Made by a program: the position numbers and the translations under genes | Assembly: GCA_036630325.1 (NCBI GenBank) | Contig: CP142729.1 | Span: 558,001 to 622,000, forward strand | Reading direction: 5' to 3' | Source: Vairimorpha necatrix | Taxonomy: Eukaryota | Length of the DNA: 64,000 nt | The notes under the pieces: generated by a model | The model's input: only the letters and a program-made list of their open reading frames with translations | Database searches by the model: none | What the model was told of the DNA's origin: nothing | In this document: positions 32,317-44,300 of the stretch, piece by piece | Layout of the letters: the number at the start of each line of letters is the position of its first letter | Position numbering within the stretch: the stretch's first letter is position 1

Positions 32317-33717
32317 ATGATCACGGATTTAGGGAAATCTATCACTGCTTCATTGAGCAGATTATTCACTACAAATATAACAGAAGACTCTATAAAAAAC
32401 ATCATAGACGACATTTGTACATCACTAATACACTCTAATGTAAACCAGAAATATGTCCAGAAAATCAAGGAGAACTTATATAAGAAGATACTAGAGAAGA
32501 ACATACAAGGATTTAACAAGCAGAAAGTAGTAGAGACTGCTGTATTCGAGGAACTAGTATCTTTGATAGACCCGAAAATAAAGCCCTTTGAGATCATAAA
32601 AGGGAAAAGTAATGTGGTGGTATTTGTAGGGCTCCAAGGAGCAGGAAAGACGACATCTATTTGTAAATATGCGAACTACTACAAGAAAAAAGGACTGAAA
32701 GTGGGACTTGTCTGTGCGGATACCTTCAGGGCTGGTGCATTTGAACAAATAAAACAAAATGCACTAAAAATCAAAGTGCCCTTCTATGGGAATGACGAGG
32801 CTGATCCAGTAGTAGTCGCCCTAGAAGGAGTGAGTAGATTTAAAAAAGAAGACTTTGATCTCATCTGTGTAGATACAAGTGGAAGGCACACCCAAGAAAA
32901 AGATCTCTTTGTGGAGATGACTGATATAATAAATGCCGTAGTACCAGACAATATTGTATTCGTCATGGACGCGGGTATTGGTCAATCTTCAGAAGATCAG
33001 GCACTGGGCTTTAAGAATTCAGTGAATGTAGGGTCAATCATAATTACTAAGATCGATGGTACAACTAAGGCAGGAGGAGCCATCTCTTCCGTGGCGGTTA
33101 CTCAATGTCCTATCCTTTTTGTGGGTACGGGGGAAAATATGGAGGACTTTGAGATCTTCGAGCCTAAAGGCTTTGTAGGGAGAATGTTGGGAATGGGAGA
33201 TCTACATGGTCTTTCTAAAAAGATATCTGATCTGAAAATAGATGAGAAGGAATTAATGAATAAATTCCAAAAGGGAACATTTACACTTAATGATTTCTCT
33301 GTACAGTTTAAACAATTACTCAGTCTTGGGCCTATGAGTAAATTATTAGAAATGCTTCCTGGTGGAGGTGGATTTCAAATGCCTGATGAGAAGAGGTTTA
33401 AAAAACTCATTTGTATTCTTGACTCATTTAGTAAATCAGAATTAGATTCTGATGGAACAGTAATAGAGAAAGAAAGATCAAGAATCTTAAGGATAGCCAA
33501 GGGATCTGCTTCTGCGCCCCAAGAAGTCATGGAGTTACTAGTACAATTTAAGAATATGTCTAATATGATGAAGAAATTCGCCAATGTACCAGGATATGGG
33601 GATCTAATAGGGAAAGATCCCAATACACTGAGTGAATCTCAGAAGGCCAAGTTTAAGCAACAAGCCAAAGGGTTGTTGCCCAAAGATATGCTTGATACTA
33701 TGAGTAGATTTCTTTAA
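32317..33717 (+). CDS. SRP54: Signal recognition particle 54 kDa GTPase
   Basis: GLQGAGKTT, ADTFRAGA, DTSGRH, TKIDG, M-domain FTL..F..Q....LGP. Confidence 0.97.
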   Translation: MITDLGKSITASLSRLFTTNITEDSIKNIIDDICTSLIHSNVNQKYVQKIKENLYKKILEKNIQGFNKQKVVETAVFEELVSLIDPKIKPFEIIKGKSNVVVFVGLQGAGKTTSICKYANYYKKKGLKVGLVCADTFRAGAFEQIKQNALKIKVPFYGNDEADPVVVALEGVSRFKKEDFDLICVDTSGRHTQEKDLFVEMTDIINAVVPDNIVFVMDAGIGQSSEDQALGFKNSVNVGSIIITKIDGTTKAGGAISSVAVTQCPILFVGTGENMEDFEIFEPKGFVGRMLGMGDLHGLSKKISDLKIDEKELMNKFQKGTFTLNDFSVQFKQLLSLGPMSKLLEMLPGGGGFQMPDEKRFKKLICILDSFSKSELDSDGTVIEKERSRILRIAKGSASAPQEVMELLVQFKNMSNMMKKFANVPGYGDLIGKDPNTLSESQKAKFKQQAKGLLPKDMLDTMSRFL

Positions 33718-33957
33718 ATAATAAATTCCTAGCTTTCATTAATATAATATCTTTCATTTATACATTATCTTTCATTAATACAATATCTATCTAGTGCATG
33801 CTCTTGTTCTATATTAATATACTATCTGAATATCATTATTCGATTTCTAATTTTAGTCTATACAATATTATTATAAAACTATCTTATACATTATATAGAA
33901 GTACTATCTTTAATATTATATAGAAGTACTTTCTTTGATTAGAACATTGCAATGCGT

Positions 33958-34102
33958 GTATTAGATATATACTTTATATTGCACATTATGCTTAATATTG
34001 CATAATATGCTTAATATCGCATAACATTAGATATATAATAATATTGCATAACATAGATATATAGTAATATTGCATAATATTAAATATATAATAATATTGT
34101 AT
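33958..34102. repeat. Degenerate AT-rich tandem repeat (ATAATATTGCATAA)
   Basis: Repeated ATTGCATAA/ATATCGCATAA units. Confidence 0.65.
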
Positions 34103-34222
34103 AATTTTTTCTCTCCTTTAAAATTCCTTATTAATGCATATTTTTTTTTATTTATACTTTTAAAAATGAGTTTGTTTGTTTTTACAAAACTTTAAATTTA
34201 TTTTAGCATAAATTTTATTTTT

Positions 34223-34792
34223 TTACATATCCTGACTATTACTAGTCGACACAGCAGCCAATTCCAAACTTTTTCTAAACACGGTACTCCAAACCTCTTC
34301 CAAAAATATATAACTTTCTTCTCCTTTCATTATTATCTCCGCTATTTTATTCCTCAAATTATAATACAAGACATCAAGTTTGATTTTCTGTTTTATTATA
34401 TTTTTTATTATAAGTTTACTGTCTTCATCAGAACAAGTTCTATATTTTTCAATATATTCTTGTATCTTCAGTAAGTTTATTTTACTAAGGTCTAAATATT
34501 CGAAATTTATTTCTCTTAATTTTCTACATTCTAGACAGTCTTTTATGTATAAATCTTCTTTTAGATTATTTATTTCGTTTATTTTATTTATTCCTACAGA
34601 ACTGTAGAAGGCGTCTTCTATGTCTAGATTTTCGTTGACTAGTTTTAGTTCGAAATTTTTCAAGATTTTTTCTGCTGACAAATTGTCGATTTTGTAGTAG
34701 TAATCACGTTTATTCCATAGTTTTCTTGGATCATTTATTATATTTACTTCAGATTTGTTTATTGATTCACTACTTTCTTCATTTTCAAACAT
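34223..34792 (-). CDS. Hypothetical protein
   Basis: 189-aa ORF with CCCC directly before the ATG. Confidence 0.7.
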   Translation of the reverse strand: MFENEESSESINKSEVNIINDPRKLWNKRDYYYKIDNLSAEKILKNFELKLVNENLDIEDAFYSSVGINKINEINNLKEDLYIKDCLECRKLREINFEYLDLSKINLLKIQEYIEKYRTCSDEDSKLIIKNIIKQKIKLDVLYYNLRNKIAEIIMKGEESYIFLEEVWSTVFRKSLELAAVSTSNSQDM

Positions 34793-34828
34793 GGGGCTTT
34801 TTTTAATTTTTCTTTTTTTTATCCCCCA
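34793..34828. promoter_or_regulatory. 36-bp bidirectional promoter
   Basis: CAT-GGGG...T-tract...CCCCC-A-ATG: a CCC motif on each strand next to each start codon. Confidence 0.65.
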
Positions 34829-35620
34829 ATGACCGTCAAGGAATCAAAAGTAAGAAAACAAAATACTTACGAAAAAGCCAAGGAATGTTTTAAAACATTT
34901 AACAAGTTTGCTTTAGTTTCCATGGACAATATTGTTTCCAATCAACTTAAAGAAATGAAGAGAGCATGGGGTTCTTCTTCCGTATTCCTTACTGGTAAGA
35001 ATACGGCTATAAGACGAGCTCTTAAAGAACTTAATAAAGAAGAAATGCTTGACAAAGTCAAAGGAAATATTTCCTTAGTATTTTTCAAGGATGATGTCAA
35101 GAAGATTAAAGAAGTTATAGACGAGTTTGAGAGAGGAAGTGTGGCCAAAGTAGGAGACGTTTCTCAGAGTGATGTTTGGATTAAAGCTCATGTCACAGGA
35201 ATGACTTCTGATAAGACGGGGTATTTCCAGACACTAGGAATTCCTACTAAAATTACTAAGGGTAAAATCGAGATTATGCAAGATTTCTTAGTTTTGAATG
35301 CTGGGGACAAAGTTGGACCAAGTCAGGCCAATTTACTGGCTCTGATTAATATTAAGCCTTTTAGATATAAAATGAAGATATTTAGTATTTATGAAGATGG
35401 AGAATTCTACTGTCCATCTCTTATTGATGTATCTGAAGAAGATATTAAAGGAATTTATAGTCAAGCTATTAGAGACGTGGCTATGTTCAGTCTTGGTAGT
35501 GAGATCATCACTCAAGCAAGTGTTCCTTATGAAATTAGTAAGGCATTTAGAAGTGTACTGAATTTTGGATTTGGAGCAGAAATTAAGATTAATGATTCGC
35601 CATTACCAATGGTCTATTAA
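34829..35620 (+). CDS. RPLP0: 60S acidic ribosomal protein P0 (uL10)
   Basis: DNIVSNQL, GKNTAIRRAL, GNISLVF, AKVG, FQTLGIPTKITKGKIEI, GDKVGPSQA.LL. Confidence 0.95.
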   Translation: MTVKESKVRKQNTYEKAKECFKTFNKFALVSMDNIVSNQLKEMKRAWGSSSVFLTGKNTAIRRALKELNKEEMLDKVKGNISLVFFKDDVKKIKEVIDEFERGSVAKVGDVSQSDVWIKAHVTGMTSDKTGYFQTLGIPTKITKGKIEIMQDFLVLNAGDKVGPSQANLLALINIKPFRYKMKIFSIYEDGEFYCPSLIDVSEEDIKGIYSQAIRDVAMFSLGSEIITQASVPYEISKAFRSVLNFGFGAEIKINDSPLPMVY

Positions 35621-35899
35621 ATTATTCTTTACTTAATATTTAAAACAGCGTAGAATGGCTTTTATTATTTGTAATCAACTTTGTGTCTAATTAATTTAAT
35701 ATGTTAAAAATTTGTAAGCCTTAGATTATAATATTATTCTGAGATATCGCATATGAAGATATATTATAAAACTAGCTACTTTTATGTTATATTTTTACAT
35801 ATCATCATATATATAAAAGAATTTTAGTTTAAAATATTTACTCATAATCTTCCTTGATTTTGTGTGTAAGTCTGCTCGCATTAAGCAACGAAAAAAAAT

Positions 35900-37800
35900 A
35901 TAAAAAATTATTATGATATTAAAACAATGTCGACACGAAAGTCTGCTTCTTTAATTTTATATGAATTTTGAGTAAAATGATCGTTTAAAAACTTATGAGA
36001 TCTACAATTTTATTAAAATTACGTAAGAGGTTTCAATGCCTAAATTAAATAGAAGCAACAAGTCGTTTACATTTTTAAAGTTGTCGCGCTCAACTGGATC
36101 CATGATCGAAATTTTGTAGTCGATGTGACAAATTTCAAAATATATTAAGATTTTCGATGAAAAAAAATCTTTGGATTTTAAAAAACATTACAGTGTCAAC
36201 TTATTCTAATAAAAATGTACCTGCCTGATCAAACTCTGATTGATTGTACAATGTCCTAGTTTTTAATACATGGATCTTTGTTCTTAAATTTTCATCGTAT
36301 TATGAAGTTTAATCTATAAGTTTAAAGGGACCTCTTCATTGTTATTTGCCTTCTCATCTAGTGTGCTTAATCTTCACGCACTTCCTTCTTTTTTAGATAT
36401 GACACATAATTATTCGGAATTAAATATGTAAAATACTATTAATATGTATATGTTTTACTCAATAATACACATATTTAACTAATTTATCGTGTAATGGTCA
36501 GAGGTATTAGAAAAAATTTAAAAAAAAAAAAATTCTTTTCTCAAATCTAAAAAAAGAGACTTTTTTACTTAAATAATAAGTTTATACGTTTTTAGTGTTC
36601 ATTGCAAATGCTTAACTACACAGTACAGCCACTAATTTCCATAGAAGAAACTTTTATTTTATAAAGCTCTTCAAATATGTATCAGGCTCATCATTGCTTT
36701 ACATAGTAAAAATTCCAAGGCCATTTTATTAACTCTTTACGCTTATCGACTTTTGTTAAGAATTTGATGTATAATAGCGTTGCTGGTGTCAATTAATTAC
36801 AATTCCGACATCTAAAGTTGCCGAGTTAGATAATTTTGGCTTGTATGTCTAGGATAAAAAGACATTTGCATGTTTCTTTTCGTCTCCACCATGAATAGTT
36901 CTTTTAAGCATGTGAATTATTTATTTTTTTAGTATGTTCGGCTTATTTTATTGTAGTTTAATTTCTCAGTGTAACATAATGTCGACTCATATTTCAACTG
37001 ATCATTATAAATGCAATTCTAGACTGAGTTATCTTAGATCTTTCAGTGTGGCATATTTCAGATCTGACATTGTCTGTAGATGCAAGATGCTTACGTCTCA
37101 TCTGATCGTGTGCATGTATAAATTCCCTTACATGCCAGAATGATCTTCTGTCGTTGTAATTTATGGGTGTGTGTGCATTCTGTCTGTTTTAAAGCTCACA
37201 AAGATTGACTTTGTAATTGGTTATACATTTTTTTTATAGCCATGTAGCCGCCCGGTTTATACAACATTAAGATCTTCTCATTTTAAATGGCTTACATTTG
37301 TTTTATTCGCTGTAACTGCTGTAAGATAAGCTTTCATTTATCTTTCAAGCGTGATGTTGCAAATTATTTATACATTTTTCACACTGTGTAGATTTGCATA
37401 GGTGTTTATCAAAGTCCTTAATTGCATTGCATTGGTTCTTAAAAATTCTCTTTTCCATTTTTACAAATCTAGGTAGGATTATTTCATTTATATACAGTCT
37501 AATTTTATAAAAATTATTGTATTCGTTATACATATCTGTTCATCTTAAAAATTTTCCTTTTCGACTTCCTACTAAAAAGTCTCATAATGAGATTTTTACC
37601 ATTTTTTCTCTACATGTGTTTCTTCATATATTATTTTATGCGTTTTTATTAATATGTTTGTTATACTCAACTACTATTATACAATACCCGCTTTTTTGCC
37701 TCTCTAGTGTGATTTTATCTTGCTATACAAATGATTGCTGAAAAGATAATTCATTTTTGGACTAAGTTTTCAAATCATTGTCTTTTAAACCCTTGTATAT
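35900..37800 (-). mobile_element. Highly degenerate LTR-retrotransposon (gypsy-like) pol remnant
   Basis: Scattered minus-strand fragments resembling protease LIDT (~36790) and RT segments (~35930-36170). No ORF; boundaries approximate. Confidence 0.3.
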
Positions 37801-38327
37801 TTATTCTATTATATGTTTAAATTATTAAATTTCTATGTTTATGACATCATTGGATCCGTTGAATGATTAAAATTACTATTATCTTTTACATTATACAATC
37901 GAGCTTAAGGTCGAATGACTGTTTTGTTACTTAAAAAATCAATATAATTTATTATAAGATTTATTTTAAGATAGGTTAGTACAAGACATCTTTTAAGCTA
38001 ATTCAACATAATTGTATGGGAATACGTCAATTGTGAAATAATTGAGACAAGGATCAGTGTGAGTCAGTTGCGATTTTGATGAACTTATTGACTTATAAAA
38101 AATCTGGCTGGTGCACTAGGCAATTTCCACGTCAATTTCAACATTAGACGAAGTAAAACAAGAAGTAATAAATAAATTAGGCCGGAATAAAAAGTGGGTT
38201 ATGTGTCCAAAAAATCTAGGACAGCTTATTCTCGAGCTAAAGAGACGTTTATGTGTCGCAAGTGATAGAAGAGGCCCTTGTGTTAAAACGATGATTTTAT
38301 TCACAGCTAGTTCAACCATGTTCGATA

Positions 38328-39486
38328 CAATTTGCTAAATTTAGGTCGTTATAGTATCATGTCCGAATTTCTATAGTGCCATAAAAAATTTAAATTTTCT
38401 ATGCCCTTAATGGTGAGAAAAGAAAGAGCCCCAATAACTACTATATTGGAAAAAAACGTTTCGAATTAGCGAAAAACGATTCATAGCAGAAATATCGAAT
38501 ATAGTTGATTTACATCGTAAAACCGTTGCATCTTATTAAGAAAATAGCACAATCAACTTGTTGGGCTACTCCGCGTTTGGTATAAGCGAAATACAAGGGA
38601 ACACAGACAATGTTATTAAAAACATAGTTTATTGTGCAAACGATAAGGATCTACAAAAAAATTATATTGAGTTAAATACACGAACAGGTGCAAATTTGAA
38701 CATATCTTAAATAACAAAAAAAAAATCTGTATAACAAGAAAACCACTCTCTGTAATTCCCGTATACAAAAATAAAAAGTGTATCTTTGCCTCTGAAATTA
38801 GTAGGTACTTATTCGAACTTCTAGTTTTTCTTATGAAACTGTGTCTAACGCTGTACTACACGAAGTCACGTACATCCAGAGAAAAAAATTATCTAAAGCC
38901 TATAATAATGTGCCATCAAATCGTTAACAAAACATCAGCTGCATGTGCGTAATTACAATAAATGAATTATTGGCATTTGAGTTCAAACGTGGAGCGTATA
39001 ACTCTGAGAGTTTTATGAACTTTGTGGAGAATAACTTTTCTATGTTCTTTTGGAATAATCCTGGTACAGTTCTTACAATAAAGTTGCTAGTTTTCATCAT
39101 TTGAGAGAAGTTAATACTTGTATAATCTAGGCATTAATCATAAATTTCTGCCTCTTTATTCTCCACAATTAAATCCCATCGAAAAATTCTTTTAAATGCT
39201 CAGGCAAAATTTTCCACTTTTCATTATTCAGAAAGTTAATCGAACCAAGTATTTATAATTTTTTAGGTTTAAATATAGCAGTGAGTGTCCCGGGGTTTAT
39301 AAGAATATGATAGGCTGGCAAGAGCGAGAGAAGACTTTAGTTTATAAACTTCAAATCTATTTTGAAATTTCAAATTAATTTATTAACATACATTTAAACA
39401 TGGCACTAAGAAATTAAACATCGCACTAGAAATTCAGACATGGCACTAGAAATTCAAACATAAAAATATAACGATTTAGACCCCTG
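38328..39486 (+). mobile_element. Degenerate Tc1/mariner-IS630 transposon
   Basis: PLYSPQLNPIE at 39151-39183. Right end ...GACCCCTG-TA with 20-bp subterminal repeats (ACATGGCACTAGAAATTCAG x3, 39398-39461) whose reverse complement is at 38358-38382. TA at both ends. Confidence 0.75.
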
Positions 39487-40074
39487 TATTTACATTTGAG
39501 TTTCAACGTGTATCGTACAATTCTAAAAGATGGCTTCGCTTTTTTTTATTTATGTTCTTTTGAATTAGCCCAGAAATTTTCCTTTTCATAAACAATGCTA
39601 GTCCGTACACGACTCATATAGTTCCGAAATCTCATTTTTAAAATTAAATCCTCTTAAAAATTTTCGTTCTACAAATTGCGTAATTAATCTAGTCCTGTAA
39701 TGTTTTGAGTTTAGATTATAATTAAAAGTGTTCTGAATTTTTACACAAATATTAAGGTCATCAAACATAAAAAGTGCTTGTTAAATGCATCTAAATGCTT
39801 TAACAAGCTTCTTTTTTTATTGTTAATCATTTTAAGTGCTACATAAAAACATGGACCACGACACATTATCTCGAAATAATGTCCAATCTATACTATACAA
39901 GAGATTAGATATATAAATACTAAAGTAGATATATAAGGACTTAGTTCCCAATATCTAATCATCCCTCCCATTACTTATAAGTATAAATCAATGTTCCGTG
40001 TTTTTATGCTATATTTTTTTTAAGGTTAACTTTATTTTATTACTTTATTAATATTTTGTTTGTTTTTTGTTAAT

Positions 40075-41097
40075 TTATTTATATTCCTCTATTTTTAGTA
40101 TATCCATTCCTTTAAGTCCTCCCACATAGAATGTTTCTCTATCATAAGTCATATCGAATATTGTCTCCACTCTGCTCTCATACATTTGTACTGTTCCATC
40201 TTGCCTTATGTCGCACATTCCTACATATCCACAAGTAGTACTAAAATATATTGTGTATTTGTCGCTTATAAGTTTATTAATTCCTTCTGATATTATTTTA
40301 TATTTATAAGTTATCATATTCATTTTAGTGTTGATTATTAGTAAGTAGTCGCAGTATCCTCCTACTATGAAATATCCTTCTGTGTAGATTACTGTCTCTG
40401 GTTGGCCTTCTATAAGAAATCTGTTTATTAAAGTATTAGATTTGTAGATTAAGATATTTGTAGTAGTACAAATACAGAATATTTCTGTGTTTGGGATCAT
40501 TGAGAAGACGATGCCTTCTTTTATGTTTATTTTGTAGTCTAAGAAGCCTGTGTCAATATTGTGGATTAATAGAGACTGGTCGCTTAAAGAGTAAATCTTA
40601 TTATTGTAAGAATATATTTCCAGTATCTCCGAGGAATGGCCCATGTAGACTTGAATATCAAAAGAGATAAAGACTTTATCAGTAATTATATTATTATTTT
40701 CATCTCTATATACATTAGTATTTCTATTAGTATTATTATAATTAATATTAGTATTATAATTTATACTTATCTTATATATTGATCCAGTACATGTTCCAAG
40801 TACTAATAAGTCATTAATCATCTTAACACATGATATCTCTTCATTAATCTCTGTGCTCTCACTAATAGACCCTTCAATATTAGTGACTAATACTGTCCCA
40901 TCTATCAGACATATGACCAATAAATCATCTCTGATAAATTTAGAGAAGATCACTGAGTCACTGAGGCCTTCTACTACTAAAAGAATGGACTTGGAGACAG
41001 TGTCATAGACTGTGCACTTCTGGTCATTGCCACCGTATAGAAACAAAGAAGATGAGAAATCTACGGAGTAAATTTCTTCTACTAAGTCATTATTCAT
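40075..41097 (-). CDS. WD40-repeat protein (possibly Sqt1/AAMP-like)
   Basis: Beta-propeller-like repeats (YGGNDQKCTVYD, GLSDSV, YMGHSSEI, VGMCDIR). CCC directly before the ATG. Confidence 0.7.
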   Translation of the reverse strand: MNNDLVEEIYSVDFSSSLFLYGGNDQKCTVYDTVSKSILLVVEGLSDSVIFSKFIRDDLLVICLIDGTVLVTNIEGSISESTEINEEISCVKMINDLLVLGTCTGSIYKISINYNTNINYNNTNRNTNVYRDENNNIITDKVFISFDIQVYMGHSSEILEIYSYNNKIYSLSDQSLLIHNIDTGFLDYKINIKEGIVFSMIPNTEIFCICTTTNILIYKSNTLINRFLIEGQPETVIYTEGYFIVGGYCDYLLIINTKMNMITYKYKIISEGINKLISDKYTIYFSTTCGYVGMCDIRQDGTVQMYESRVETIFDMTYDRETFYVGGLKGMDILKIEEYK

Positions 41098-41390
41098 GGG
41101 TCAAAAAAATCAAAAAAAAATTTGAACAAACAAAATCGGAATAAATTAATATAAAAAAAGCAAAATACAAAAAGATCAGCATTGTATTTAATCATGATAG
41201 AAAATTTAGCATTGTATTTAATCTGCTTGCATTATATTTATATATGCATAATAAAAAGTTTTGCATCATATTTAATCTGCTTAAATTATATTTATGAAAT
41301 AGTAGATTTGCATAAATAAAATGCAAACATGATTAAATAAAATTCTTTTATATATATGATAATATTAGAGTAAACTATATTGCTTTTTTA

Positions 41391-44300
41391 TTATTTCTTC
41401 TTTTTTATACTCAAACTTATATTCTTTAAGAAATCTATCATTTCTTTACTATCAGAAATATCTCGCTCCATCTGCTGACTCTTAATACTCAACATATTAT
41501 TATCTTTTAATAAATTGAAATTCTCATTTCTCATATCCTCAATATTCTTCTTTAATTCTTTATTTTCATTTTTAAATTTATCAAAGTGCATCTGGAACAT
41601 CTTCTCTTTATTTTTTATATTTTTAATTTCTTTCTCTAAAATAATCTTCTTTCTTTCTAAATCTTGTATTTTAATCAGATGATTCGGATTATAATCAATA
41701 TTTATAGGCTCAATCTTCATATTATTCTTCTTTAATTCTTCATATTCTGAACATAATAATTCATATTTATTATATTCTAATGATAATTTAGTCTCTAAAT
41801 CTCCCAATTTAGATTTTAAATTTGAAATTTCTTTATCTTTAGAATCTGAATATTCTCTAAGTCTCTGCTCGTAGGCCTGAGTGGCCTTTTTAAGATTAGT
41901 CAAATATTTCTCTGATTCCTGAGATATTTCTACTTGAGATTTCTTTATCTTCTCATATTTATTATTATAAATCTCAATAATATTATCTTTCTCTGCTACT
42001 TCTGACTCTAATCTACTTATATTTACTGCATAATTCTCATTGATACTTGAGATATCCGCCATTTTATTATTTATATCTTGATATTTCTCCTGTAAATTAT
42101 TGTATTCTTTATCAATTCTCTGTAAATTCATATTTAATTTCTGATTTTCTTTCTCTTTCTCTAGTAGATTATTCTTTAATATTATCATCTCTTGAGAAAG
42201 CGCATTAATCCTGGATTTCTGATCATATAAAATCTTAAAATACGATGTATTAAATCCTTCTATTAATAAATTTACATTCTTAATAATTTTCTCTATTTCT
42301 TCAGTATCAGGTACATAAATATTCTTAAAAGATCGACAAGATGAATCACAGGAAGCGCATTTACAAATACAAGATTCGTCAGTAGAACAAATACACTTAG
42401 ATAAGTCATTTATAATACTCTGAAGATTATGATTCTGACTTTCATATTCTAAAATCTTCTGTTCTAAATCTCGTCTTAATTTCTTTTCTTTATCTAAAAT
42501 CAAGTAAAGCTTCTCTAGTGTGGAATCTTCAGAAGATTCTGAAGAAGCCTTTAAATCATCAAGCTCTTTTTTCATTATAAAATTCTCATTTGTAAGTCTC
42601 TGGACTTGTTTCTTAAGATTCTTCTTTTCTAATTCAAATTTCCTTTGTCCTTCAAAGAATTCATCCATTCTAGCTTGTGTCAAAGAATCATTTTTCTCTC
42701 TAATATCATCAATCTCTCTCCTTAACAAATTATTAGAATTAATATAAAATTCTAATTTCTCTTTAAGCTTGTTTATAATTTTCTCTGAATGGAAATTCGA
42801 CTTCTCTACTCTTTCAAATTTCTCATGTGAATTTTCTAATTCTAAAATTTGATCTTCTAGATTTTTAATCTTTTTTAAATTTATATTATTGTCTGACTTT
42901 AGTAAATTAAAGTCAGACTTTAAACTTTTATTTTCTTCAAAAATCTTTCTAAATTCTGAAATTTGATCTTCTAAATCTTTTTCTAATTTTAAATTATTTT
43001 TCTCTAAATTTTCATTCTCAAAAATCAGATCATTTTTCTCTTCTTTAAGTTTTTTAAGATTATTATTACTGGTTTCTAAATTAGACTGGGAAATCTTAAG
43101 GTTGTCATTTAAATCTTCATTTTTTACAGTAATTTCTTTGAGCTCCTGCATTTTATTTTGTAGATCCTTCGTGTTCATGTTGTTTTCTTTTAATAGGACT
43201 TTATTTTCTTCTTTTAGATTATTTAATAATTTCTGGAGATTTCTTAATTCTTCATTCGCATTTTGTAGCCTGTTATTTTCTAGGTCTTCTATTTTCCCTT
43301 CAAGATTTATTCTTGTATTTCTTTCTTTTTCTAAATTCTGTATCAATTCAGATTTTTCATTATTGTGATCTTTTAATAAAACCTTGATTTTATTTTTCAA
43401 ATCTTCTTTTTCTTTTTCAATTTCTTTGGCTTCATTACGAATTCCTTGTATTAATTCACTATTTTCTAAAATATGAATTTTCTCAATTTCTAATTCTTTG
43501 TTGATTTTCTCATTTTCTTGATTTATCTGGATATTTTTACTATTTAAAGCTTCGTATTTCTTTTTTATTTCTTCTAAATTTTCATTGAGTTTGTTGATAA
43601 TTTTGTCTTTTTCTTTCAATTCGTTGTCTCTCATTTTAACATCTAAAAGTGGTTTAATTTTCAGGTATACTTTCCACCAGTTCCATTTTTGTAAGTCTAT
43701 GCATATTTTCGCATTTTTCTTTACAATTTTTATGGCTTTATTTCTGTGTTCATTTAATGTTTCTTTTAGATTTTCTAGTTTGATTCTTGCCAGTTCTTGT
43801 ATTTTCTTCATGATTTCACTTATTTTTATGTCTCTTAAATTTTCTATATCTGCCAGTATTCCTTGTCTAAAGAATATTTTAGTGATACCAAATTTGTAAG
43901 ATCCTTCTGACAAATTTATATTTTTTAATATTTCCTGAGAATATTCCTTATTATTGTAAGATAGTGGAGATATATTTATATTCTCCACATTATTATTTTC
44001 AGATACTGAAATATCATTTCTTAATATTTTATATCTTTCATTAAATTCATTATATGACATCCTACTAGGATACCCCTGTCTACTTATTCTTATTCCTTCT
44101 AATACTCCATTACATTTGAGTTGTTCCAAGATCAATTTATTTTCTAATAAATTTGGAAGTTTCTTAAGATTGGGAATTATACATCTTACGAAATGTGGAT
44201 TAGTTTTCGATAAAGTGTTCATTAATGAATTTAACTGTTCTTTATGTTTTTGACCCACTGTCCTAAAAAATCCTCTTTTTATATTTTTATCTACAAAACT

